NCBI GenBank assembly: GCA_964016885.1
Contig: OZ024741.1
Coordinates: 5,518,001 to 5,582,000 of the forward strand
Source: Eledone cirrhosa
Taxonomy: Eukaryota
Reading direction: 5' to 3'
DNA length: 64,000 nt
Below, piece after piece: positions 1 through 11,900 of this stretch. The notes beneath the pieces are model-generated. The model was given only the letters and a program-made list of their open reading frames with translations, did no database searches and was not told where the DNA came from. The translations under genes and the position numbers were made by a program. Position 1 is the first letter of the stretch, and each line of letters opens with the position of its first letter.

Positions 1-2919
1 TATTACAGTCGTCCACTTGAGGAGGTTATTACAGTGGTCCACTTGAGGAGGCTATTACAGTGGTCCACTTGAGGTTATTACAGTGGTCCACTTGAGGAGG
101 TTATTACAGTGGTCCACTTGAGGAGGTTATTACAGTGGTCCACTTGAGGTTAATACAGAGGTCCACTTGAGGAGGTTATTACAGTGGTCCACTTGAGGTT
201 ATTACAGTGGTCCATTTGAGGAGGTTATTACAGTGGTCCACTTGAGGAGGTTATTACAGTGGTCCACTTGAGGTTATTACAGTGGTCCACTTGTAGAGGT
301 TATTACAGTGGTGCACTTCAGGTTATTACAGTGATCCACATGAGGATTTTATTACAGTGGTCCACTTGAGGTAGCTATTACAGTGGTCCACTTGAGGAGG
401 TTATTACAGTGGTCCACTTTAGGTTATTACAGTGGTCCACCTGAGGTTATTACAGTGGTCCACTTGAGGAGGTTATTACAGTGGTCCACTTCAGGTTATT
501 ACAGTGGTGCACTTGAGGAGCCTATTACAGTGGTCCACTTGAGGTTATTAAAGTGGTCCACTTGAGGAGGTTATTAGAGTGGTATATTTTAGGTGGCTAT
601 TACAGTGGTCCACTTGAGGAGGTTATTACAGTGGTCCACTTGAGGAGGTTATTACAGTGGTCCACTTGAGGAGGTTATTACAGTGGTCCACTTGAGGTTA
701 TTACAGTGGTCCACGTGAGGAGGCTATTACAGTGGTCCACTTGAGGTGGCTATTACAGTGGTCCACTTGACGAGGTTATTACGGTGGTCCACTTGAGGTT
801 TTTACAGTGGTCCACTTGAGGTTATTACAGTGGTCCACTTGAGGAGGCTATTACAGTGGTCCACTTGATGTTATTACAGTTGTCCACTTGAGGAAGCTAT
901 TACAGTGGTCCACTTGAGGTTATTACAGTGGTCCACTTGAGGAGGCTATTACAGTTGTCCACTTGATGTTATTACAGTGGTCCACTTGTGGAGGTTATTA
1001 CAGTGGTCCACTTGAGGTTTTTACAGTGGTCCACTTGAGGTTATTACAGTGGTCCACTTGAGGAGGCTATTACAGTGGTCCACTTGATGTTATTACAGTT
1101 GTCCACTTGAGGAAGCTATTACAGTGGTCCACTTGAGGTTATTACAGTGGTCCACTTGAGGAGGCTATTACAGTGGTCCACTTGAGGTTATTACAGTGGT
1201 CCACTTGAGGAGGCTATTACAGTTGTCCACTTGATGTTATTACAGTGGTCCACTTGTGGAGGTTATTACAGTGGTCCACTTGAGGTTATTACAGTGGTCG
1301 ACTTGAGCTTATTACAGTGGTCCACTTGAGGGGGCTATTACAGTGGTCCACTTGAGGAGGTTATTACAGTGGTCCACTTGAGGTTATTACAGTGGTCCAC
1401 GTGAGGTTATTACAGTGGTCCACGTGAGGAGGCTATTACAGTGGTCCACTTGAGGTGGCTATTACAGTGGTCCACTTGACGAGGTTATTACGGTGGTCCA
1501 CTTGAGGTTTTTACAGTGGTCCACTTGAGGTTATTACAGTGGTCCACTTGAGGAGGCTATTACAGTGGTCCACTTGATGTTATTACAGTTGTCCACTTGA
1601 GGAAGCTATTACAGTGGTCCACTTGAGGTTATTACAGTGGTCCACTTGAGGAGGCTATTACAGTTGTCCACTTGATGTTATTACAGTGGTCCACTTGTGG
1701 AGGTTATTACAGTGGTCCACTTGAGGTTTTTACAGTGGTCCACTTGAGGTTATTACAGTGGTCCACTTGAGGAGGCTATTACAGTGGTCCACTTGATGTT
1801 ATTACAGTTGTCCACTTGAGGAAGCTATTACAGTGGTCCACTTGAGGTTATTACAGTGGTCCACTTGAGGAGGCTATTACAGTGGTCCACTTGAGGTTAT
1901 TACAGTGGTCCACTTGAGGAGGCTATTACAGTTGTCCACTTGATGTTATTACAGTGGTCCACTTGTGGAGGTTATTACAGTGGTCCACTTGAGGTTATTA
2001 CAGTGGTCGACTTGAGCTTATTACAGTGGTCCACTTGAGGGGGCTATTACAGTGGTCCACTTGAGAAGGTTATTACAGTGGTCCACTTGAGGTTATTACA
2101 GTGGTCCACTTGAGGAGTTTATTACAGTGGTCCACTTGAGGGGTTATTACAGTTGTCCACTTGAGAAGGTTATTACAGTGGTCCACTTGAGGAGGTTATT
2201 ACAGTGGTCCACTTGATGTTATTACAGTGGTCCACTTGAGGAGGCTATTACAGTGGTCCACTTGAGGAGGTTATTACAGTGGTCCACTTGAGGAGGCTAT
2301 TACAGTGGTCTACTTGAGGTTATTACAGTGGTCCACTTGAGGGGGTTATTACAGTGGTCCACTTGAGGTTATTACAGTGGTCCACTTGAGGAGGTTATTA
2401 CAGTGGTCCAATTGAGGAGGTTATTACAGTGGTCCACTTGAGGTTATTACAGTGGACCAATTGTGGAGGTTATTACAGTGGTCCGCTTGAGGAGGTTATT
2501 ACAGTGGTCCACTTGAGGTTATTACAGTGGTCCACTTGAGGAGGTTATTACAGTGCTCCACTTGAGGTTATTACAGTGGTCCACTTGAGGAGGTTATTAC
2601 AGTGGTCCGTTTGAGGAGGTTATTACAGTGGTCCACTTGAGGTTATTACAGTGGTCCACTTGAGGAGGTTATTACAGTGGTCCACTTGAGGAGGTTATTA
2701 GAGTGGTCCACTTGAGGAGGTTATTACAGAGGTCCAATTGAGGAGGTTATTACAGTGGTCCACTTGAGGAGGTTATTACAGTGGTCCAGTTGAGGTTATT
2801 ACAGTGGTACACTAGAGGAGGTTATTACAGTGGTCCACTTGAGGTTATTACAGTGGTCCACTTGAGGAGGTTATTACAGTGGTCCACTTGAGGTTATTAC
2901 AGTGGTCCACTTGAGGAGG
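1..2919 (+). repeat. Dispersed higher-order block W; copies at 13950-16868 and 25243-28161, and a diverged relative at about 61290-63550
   Basis: Rare variants recur at offset 13,949: cagtcgtcc at 6/13955, ORF 383/14332, GTCGAC 1297/15246 and 2006/15955. They recur again at 25,242 (ORF 25625, GTCGAC 26539 and 27248). The match breaks at T2920 vs C16869. Confidence 0.93.
693..2065 (+). repeat. 709-bp tandem duplication with internal 219/268-bp sub-repeats; also at 14642-16014 and 25935-27307
   Basis: ccacgtg 711/1420, acggtgg 781/1490 and GTCGAC 1297/2006 are all 709 apart. The variant gaggtttttac recurs 219 bp apart inside each unit. Confidence 0.92.
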
Positions 2920-5900
2920 TTATTACAGTGGTCCACTTGAGGTTATTACAGTGGTCCACTTGAGGAGGCTATTACAATGGTCCACTTGAGGTTATTACAG
3001 TGGTCCACTTGAGGAGGTTATTACAGTGGTCCACTTGGGGAGGTTATTACAGTGGTCCACTTGAGGAGGCTATTACAGTGGTCCACTTGAGGTTATTACA
3101 GTGGTCCACTTGAGGAGGTTATTACAGTGGTCCACTTGAGGAGGCTATTACAGTGGTCCACTTGAGGTTATTACAGTGGTCCACTTGAGGAGGTTATTAC
3201 AGTGGTCCACTTGGGGAGGTTATTACAGTGGTCCACTTGAGGAGGCTATTACAGTGGTCCACTTGAGGTTATTACATTGGTCCACTTGAGGAGGGTATTA
3301 CAGTGGTCCACTTGGGGAGGTTATTACAGTGGTCCACTTGAGGAGGCTATTACAGTGGTCCACTTGAGGTTATTACAGTGGTCCACTTGAGGAGGTTATT
3401 ACAGTGGTCCACTTGAGGTTAATACAGTGGTCCACTTGAGGAGGTTATTACAGTGGTCCACTTGAGGTTATTACAGTTGTCCATTTGAGGAGGTTATTAC
3501 AGTGGTCCACTTGAGGAGGTTATTACAGTGGTCCACTTCAGGTTATCACAGTGGTCCACTTGTAGAGGTTATTACAGTGGTGCACTTCAGGTTATTACAG
3601 TGGTCCACATGAGGATTTTATTACAGTGGTCCACTTGAGGTAGCTATTACAGTGGTCCACTTGAGGAGGTTATTACAGTGGTCCACTTTAGGTTATTACA
3701 GTGGTCCACCTGAGGTTATTACAGTGGTCCACTTGAGGAGGTTATTACAGTGGTCCACTTCAGGTTATTACAGTGGTGCACTTGAGGAGCCTATTACAGT
3801 GGTCCACTTGAGGTTATTAAAGTGGTCCACTTGAGGAGGTTATTACAGTGGTACATTTTAGGTGGCTATTACAGTGGTCCACTTGAGGAGGTTATTACAG
3901 TGGTCCACTTGAGGAGGTTATTACAGTGGTCCACTTGAGGTTATTACAGTGGTCCACGTGAGGACGCTATTACAGTGGGTGGTCCACTTGAGGTGGCTAT
4001 TACAGTGGTCCACTTGAGGTTATTACAGTGGTCCAATTGAGAAGGTTATTACAGTGGTCCACTTGAGGAGGCTATTACAGTGGTCCACTTGAGGAGGTTA
4101 TTACAGTGGTCCATTTGAGCTCATTACAGTGGTCCACTTGAGGAGGTTATTACAGTGGTCCACTTGAGGAGGTTATTACAGTGGTCCACTTGAAGTTATT
4201 ACAGTGGTCCACGTGAGGAGGCTATTACAGTGGTCCACTTGAGGTGGCTATTACAGTGGTCCACTTGACGAGGTTATTACAGTAGTCCACTTGAGGAGGC
4301 TATTACAGTGGTCCACTTGAGGAGGCTATTACAGTGGTCCACTTGAGGTTATTACAGTGGTCCACTTGAGGAGGTTATTACAGTGGTCCACTTGAGGTTA
4401 TTACAGTGTTCCACTTGAGGTGGTTACTACAGTGGTCCACTTGAGGAGGTTATTACAGTGGTCCACTTGAGGAGGCTATTACAGTGGTCCACTTGAGGTT
4501 ATTTCAGTGATCCACTTGAGGAGGTTATTACAGTGGTCCACTTGAGGTTATTACAGTGGTCCACTTGAGGGGGTTATTACAGTGGTCCACTTGAGAAGGT
4601 TATTACAGTGGTCAAGTTGAGGTTATTACAGTGATCCCCTTGAGGAGGCTATTACAGTGGTCCACTTGAGGAGGTTATTACAGTGGTCCACTTGAGAAGG
4701 CTATTACAGTGGTCCACTTGAGAAGGTTATTACAGTGGTCCACTTGAGGTTATTACAGCGGACCATTTGAGGAGGTTATTACAGTGGTCCAATTGAGGAG
4801 GTTATTACAGTGGTCCACTTGAGGTTATTACAGTGGTCCACTTGAGGAGGTTATTACAGTGGTCCACTTGAGGTTATTACAGTGTTCCACTTGAGGTGGT
4901 TACTACAGTGGTCCACTTGAGGAGGTTATTACAGTGGTCCACTTGAGGTTATTACAGTGGTCCACTTGAGGAGGCTATTACAGTGGTCCACTTAAGGTTA
5001 TTAAAGTGGTCCACTTGAGGAGGTTATTACAGTGGCCCACTTGAGGAGGTTATTACAGTGGTCCACTTGAGGCTATTACAGTGGTCCACTTGAGGAGGCC
5101 ATTACAGTGGTCCACTTGAGGTTATTACAGTGGTTCACTTGAGGAGGCTATTACAGCGGTCCACTTGAGGTTATTACAGTGGTCCACTTGAGGAGGTTAT
5201 TACAGTGGTCCACTTGAGGTTATTACAGTGGTCCACTTGAGGAGGTTATTACAGTGGTCCAATTGAGAAGGGTATTACAGTGGTCCACTTGAGGAGGCTA
5301 TTACAGTGGTCCACTTGAGAAGGTTATTACAGTGGCCCACTTGAGGTTATTACAGTGGTCCACTTGAGGATGTTTTTAGAGTTGTCCACTTGAGGAGGTT
5401 ATTACAGTGGTCCAATTGAGAAGGTTATTACAGTGGTCCACTTGAGGTCATTACAGTGGTCCACTTGAGGTGGTTATTACAGCGGTCCACTTGAGGTTAT
5501 TAAAGTAGTCCAATTGAGGTTATTACAGTGGTCCACTTGAGGTTATTACAGTGGTCCACTTGAGGTTATTACAGTGGTCCACATGTAGAGGTTATTACAG
5601 TGGTGCACTTCAGGTTATTACAGTGGTCCACATGAGGATTTTATTACAGTGGTCCACTTGAGGAGGTTATTACAGTGGTCCAGTTGAGGTTATTACAGTG
5701 GTACACTAGAGGAGGTTATTACAGTGGTCCACTTGAGGTTATTACAGTGGTCCACTTGAGGAGGTTATTACAGTGGTCCACTTGAGGTTATTACAGTGGT
5801 CCACTTGAGGAGGCTATTACAGTGGACAACTTGAGGTTATTACAGTGGTCCACTTGAGGAGGTTATTACAGTGGTCCACTTGAGGTTATTACAGTGGTCC

Positions 5901-8900
5901 ACTTGAGGAGGTTATTACAGTGGTCCAATTGAGGAGGTTATTACAGTGGTCCACTTGAGGTTATTACAGTGGGCCACTAGAGGAGGTTATTACAGTGGTC
6001 CACTTGAGGTTATTACAGTGGTCCACTTGAGGAGGCTATTACAGTGGTCCACTTGAGGAGGTTATTACAGTGGTCCACTTGAGGAGGTTATTACAGTAGT
6101 CCACTTGAGGTGGTTATTACAGTGGTCCACTTGAGGTGGTTATTACAGTGGTCCACTTGAGGAGGCTATTACAGTGGTCCACTTGAGGAGGTTATTACAG
6201 TGGTCCACTTGAGGTTATTACAGTGGTCCACTTGAGGTTATTATAGTGGTTCACTTGAGGAGGCTATTACAGTGGTCCACTTGAGGTTATTACAGTGGTC
6301 CACTTGAGGAGGCTATTAAAGTGGTCCACTTGAGGTTATTACAGTGATCCACTTGAGGAGGCTATTACAGTGGTCCACTTGAGGTTATTTCAGTGATCCA
6401 CTTGAGGAGGTTATTACAGTGGTCCACTTGAGGTTATTACAGTGGTCCACTTGAGGTTATTACAGTGGTCCACTTGAGGGGGCTATTACAGTGGTCCACT
6501 TGAGAAGGTTATTACAGTGGTCAAGTTGAGGTTATTACAGTGGTCCCCTTGAGGAGGCTATTACAGTGGTCCACTTGAGAAGGCTATTACAGTGGTCCAC
6601 TTGAGAAGGTTATTACAGTGGTCCACTTGAGGTTATTACAGTGGACCATTTGAGGAGGTTATTATAGTGCTCCACTTGAGGAGGTTATTACAGTGGTCCA
6701 CTTGAGGAGGTTATTACAGTGGTCCACTTGAGGAGGTTATTACAGTGGTCCACTTGAGGAGGTTATTACAGTGGTCCACTTGAGGTGGCTATTACAGTGG
6801 TTCACTTGAGGTTATTACATTGGTCCAATTGAGGAGGTTATTACAGTGGTCCACTTGAGGTTATTACAGTGGTCCAATTGAGGAGGTTATTACAGTGGTC
6901 CACTTGAGGAGGCTATTACAGTGGTCCACTTGAGGTTATTACAGTGGTCCACTTGAGGAGGTTAATACAGTGGTCCACTTGAGTTTATTACAGTGGTCCA
7001 CTTGAGGAGGCTATTACAGTGGTCCACTTGAGGAGGTTATTACAGTGGTCCACTTGAGGTTATTACAGTGGTCCACTTGTGGAGGCTATTACAGTGGTCC
7101 ACTTGAGGTTATTACAGTGGTCCACTTGAGGAGGTTATTACAGTGGTCCACTTGAGGTTATTACAGTGGTCCACTTGAGGAGGCTATTACAGTGGTCCAT
7201 TTGAGGTTATTACAGTGGTCCACTTGAGGAGGTTATTACAGTGGTCCACTTGAGGTTATTACAGTGGTCCACTTGAGGTTATTACAGTTGTCCACTTGAT
7301 GTTATTACAGTGGTCCACTTGAGGAGGCTATTACAGTGGTCCACTTGAGGTTATTACAGTGATCCACTTGAGGAGGTTATTACAGTGGTCCATTTGAGGT
7401 TATTACAGTGATCCACTTGAGGTTATTACAGTGGTCCACTTGAGGAGGCTATTACAGTGGTCCACTTGAGGTTATTACAGTTGTCCACTTGAGGAAGCTA
7501 TTACAGTGGTCCACTTGAGGTTATTACAGTGGTCCACTTGAGGAGGCTATTAGAGTGGTCCACTTGAGGTTATTACAGTGGTCCACTTCAGGTTATTACA
7601 GTGGTCCACTTGAGGAGGCTATTACAGTGGTCCACTTGATGTTATTACAGTGGTCCACTTGTGGAGGTTATTACAGTGGTCCACTTGAGGTTATTACAGT
7701 GGTCGACTTGAGGTTATTACAGTGGTCCACTTGTGGAGGTTATTACAATGGTCCACTTGAGGAGGTTATTACAGTGGTCCACTTGAGGTTATTACAGTGG
7801 TCCACTTGAGGAGGTTATTACAGTGGTCCACTTGAGGTTATTACAGTGGTCCACTTGAGGATTTTATTACAGTGGTCCACTTGAGGTTATTACAATGGTC
7901 CACATGAGGATTTTATTACAGTGTTCCACTTGAGGAGGTTATTACAGTGGTCCACTTGAGGAGGTTATTACAGTGGTCCACTTGAGATTATTACAGTGGT
8001 CCACTTGAGGTTATTACAGTGGTCCACTTGAGGTGGCTATTAAAGTGGTCCACTTGTGGACGTTATTACAGTGGTCCACTTGAGGTTATTACAGTGGTCC
8101 ACTTGAGGTGGCTATTACAGTGGTCCACTTGAGGAGGCTATTACAGTGGTCCACTTGAGGAGGTTATTACAGTGGTCCACTTGAGGAGGTTATTACAGTG
8201 GTCCACTTGAGGTTATTACAGTGGTCCAATTGAGGAGGTTATTACAGTGGTCCACTTGAGGAGGTTATTACAGTGGTCCACTTGAGGTTATTACAGTGTT
8301 CCACTTGAGGTGGTTACTACAGTGGTCCACTTGAGGAGGTTATTACAGTGGTCCACTTGAGGTTATTACAGTGGTCCACTTGAGGAGGCTATTACAGTGG
8401 TCCACTTAAGGTTATTACAGTGGTCCACTTGAGGAGGTTATTACAGTGGCCCAGTTGAGGAGGTTATTACAGTGGTCCACTTGAGGCTATTACAGTGGTC
8501 CACTTGAGGAGGCCATTACAGTGGTCCACTTGAGGTTATTACAGTGGTCCACTTGAGGAGGCTATTACAGCGGTCCAATTGAGGTTATTACAGTGGTCCA
8601 CTTGAGGAGGTTATTACAGTGGTCCACTTGAGGTTATTACAGTGGTCCACTTGAGGAGGCTATTACAGTGGTCCACTTGAGAAGGTTATTACAGTGGCCC
8701 ACTTGAGGTTATTACAGTGGTCCACTTGAGGATGTTTTTAGAGTTGTCAACTTGAGGAGGTTATTACAGTGGTCCAATTGAGAAGGGTATTACAGTGGTC
8801 CACTTGAGGAGGCTATTACAGTGGTCCACTTGAGAAGGTCATTACAGTGGCCCACTTGAGGTTATTACAGTGGTCCACTTGAGGATGTTTTTAGAGTTGT

Positions 8901-11900
8901 CCACTTGAGGAGGTTATTACAGTGGTCCAATTGATAAGGTTATTACAGTGGTCCACTTGAGGTCATTACAGTGGTCCACTTGAGGTGGTTATTACAGCGG
9001 TCCACTTGAGGTTATTAAAGTAGTCCAATTGAGGTTATTACAGTGGTCCACTTGAGGTTATTCCAGTGGTCCACTTGAGGAGGTTATTACAGTGGTCCAC
9101 TTGAGGTTATTACAGTGGTCCACTTGAGGTTATTACAGTGGTCCACTTGTAGGGGTTATTACAGTGGTGCACTTCAGGTTATTACAGTGGTCCACATGAG
9201 GATTTTATTACAGTGGTCCACTTGAGGTGGCTATTACAGTGGTCCACTTGAGGAGGTTATTACAGTGGTCCACTTGAGGTTATTACAGTGGTCCACTTGA
9301 GGTTATTACAGTGGTCCACTTGAGAAGGTTATTACAGTGGTCCACTTGAGGAGGTTATTACAATGGTCCACTTGGGGAGGTTATTACAGTGGTCCTCTTG
9401 AGGAGGCTATTACAGTGGTCCACTTGAGGTTATTACAGTGGTCCACTTGAGGAGGTTATTACAGTGGTCCACTTGAGGAGGCTATTACAGTGGTCCACTT
9501 GAGGTTATTACAGTGGTCCACTTGAGGAGGTTATTACAGTGGTCCACTTGAGGAGGTTATTACAGTGGTCCACTTGAGGTTAATACAGAGGTCCACTTGA
9601 GGAGGTTATTACAGTGGTCCACTTGAGGTTATTACAGTGGTCCATTTGAGGAGGTTATTACAGTGGTCCACTTGAGGAGGTTATTACAGTGGTCCACTTG
9701 AGGTTATTACAGTGGTCCACTTGTAGAGGTTATTACAGTGGTGCACTTCAGGTTATTACAGTGGTCCACATGAGGATTTTATTACAGTGGTCCACTTGAG
9801 GTAGCTATTACAGTGGTCCACTTGAGGAGGTTATTACAGTGGTCCACTTTAGGTTATTACAGTGGTCCACCTGAGGTTATTACAGTGGTCCACTTGAGGA
9901 GGTTATTACAGTGGTCCACTTCAGGTTATTACAGTGGTGCACTTGAGGAGCCTATTACAGTGGTCCACTTGAGGTTATTAAAGTGGTCCACTTGAGGAGG
10001 TTATTACAGTGGTACATTTTAGGTGGCTATTACAGTGGTCCACTTGAGGAGGTTATTACAGTGGTCCACTTGAGGAGGTTATTACAGTGGTCCACTTGAG
10101 GAGGTTATTACAGTGGTCCACTTGAGGTTATTACAGTGGTCCACGTGAGGAGGCTATTACAGTGGTCCACTTGAGGTGGCTATTACAGTGGTCCACTTGA
10201 CGAGGTTATTACGGTGGTCCACTTGAGGAGGCTATTACAGTGGTCCACTTGAGGAGGCTATTACAGAGGTCCACTTGAGGTGGCTATTACAGTGGTCCAC
10301 TTGAGGTTATTACAGTGGTCCACTTGAGGAGGTTATTACAGTGGTCCACTTGAGGTTATTACAGTGGTCCACGTGAGGAGGCTATTACAGTGGTCCACTT
10401 GAGGAGGCTATTACAGTGGTCCACTTGAGGAGGCTATTACAGTGGTCCACTTGAGGTTATTACAGTGGTCCACTTGAGTAGGCTATTACAGAGGTCCACT
10501 TGAGGTTATTACAGTGGTCCACTTGAGGTTATTACAGTGGTCTTCTTGATGTTATTACAGTGGTCCACTTGAAGTTATTACAGTGGTCCACTTGAGGAGG
10601 CTATTACAGAGGTCCACTTGAGATTATTACAGTGGTCCACTTGAGGAGGTTATTACAGTGGTCCACTTAAGGAGGTTATTACAGTGGTCCACTTGAGGAG
10701 ACTATTACAGTGGTTCACTTGAGGAGGTTATTACAGTGGTCCACTTGAGGAGGTTATTACAGTGGTCCACTTGAGGTTATTACAGTGGTCCAATTGAGGA
10801 GGTTATTACAGTGGTCCACTTGAGGAGGCTATTACAGTGGTCCATTTGAGGTTATTACAGTGGTCCACTTGAGGAGGTTATTACAGTGGTCCACTTGAGG
10901 TTATTACAGTGGTCCACTTGAGGTTATTACAGTTGTCCACTTGAGGTTATTACAGTGGTCCACTTGAGGAGGCTATTACAGTGGTCCACTTGAGGTTATT
11001 ACAGTGATCCACTTGAGGAGGTTATTACAGTGGTCCACTTGAGGTTATTACAGTGGTCCACTTGAGGTTATTACAGTTGTCCACTTGAGGAGGCTATTAC
11101 AGTGGTCCACTTGAGGTTATTACAGTGGTCCACTTGAGGAAGCTATTACAGTGGTCCACTTGAGGTTATTACAGTGGTCCACTTGAGGAGGCTATTACAG
11201 TGGTCCACTTGAGGTTATTACAGTGGTCCACTTGAGGAGGTTATTACAGTGGTCCACTTGAGGAGGCTAGTACAGTGGTCCACTTGAGGTTATTACAGTG
11301 GTCCACTTGAGGAGGTTATTACAGTGGTCCACTTGAGGAGGTTATTACAGTGGTCCACTTGAGGTTAATACAGAGGTCCACTTGAGGAGGTTATTACAGT
11401 GGTCCATTTGAGGAGGTTATTACAGTGGTCCACTTGAGGAGGTTATTACAGTGGTCCACTTGAGGTTATTACAGTGGTCCACTTCAGGAGGCTATTACAG
11501 TGGTCCACTTGAAGAGGCTATTACAGTGGTCCACTTGAGAAGGTTATTACAGTGGTCCTCTTGAGGTTATTACAGTGGTCCACTTGAGGAGGCTATTAGA
11601 GTGGTCCACTTGAGGAGGTTATTACAGTGGTCCACTTGAGAAGGTTATTACAGTGGTTCACTTGAGGTTATTACAGTGGTCAACTTGAGGAGGCTATTAC
11701 AGTGGTCCACTTGAGGTGGTTATTACAGCGGTCCACTTGAGGTTATTACAGTGGTCCACTTGAGGCTATTACAGTGGTCCACTTGCGGAGGCTATTACAG
11801 AGGTCCACTTGAGGAGGTTATTATAGGGGTCCACTTGAGGTGGTTATTACAGTGGTCCACTTGAGAAGGTTATTACGGTGGTCCAGTTTAGGTTATTACA

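Noticed and set aside
712-717. CACGTG variants as functional E-box/CDEI-like elements
   Set aside because: They are a single T-to-G change from consensus CACTTG that spread passively within duplicated blocks, and the context does not match RTCACRTG.
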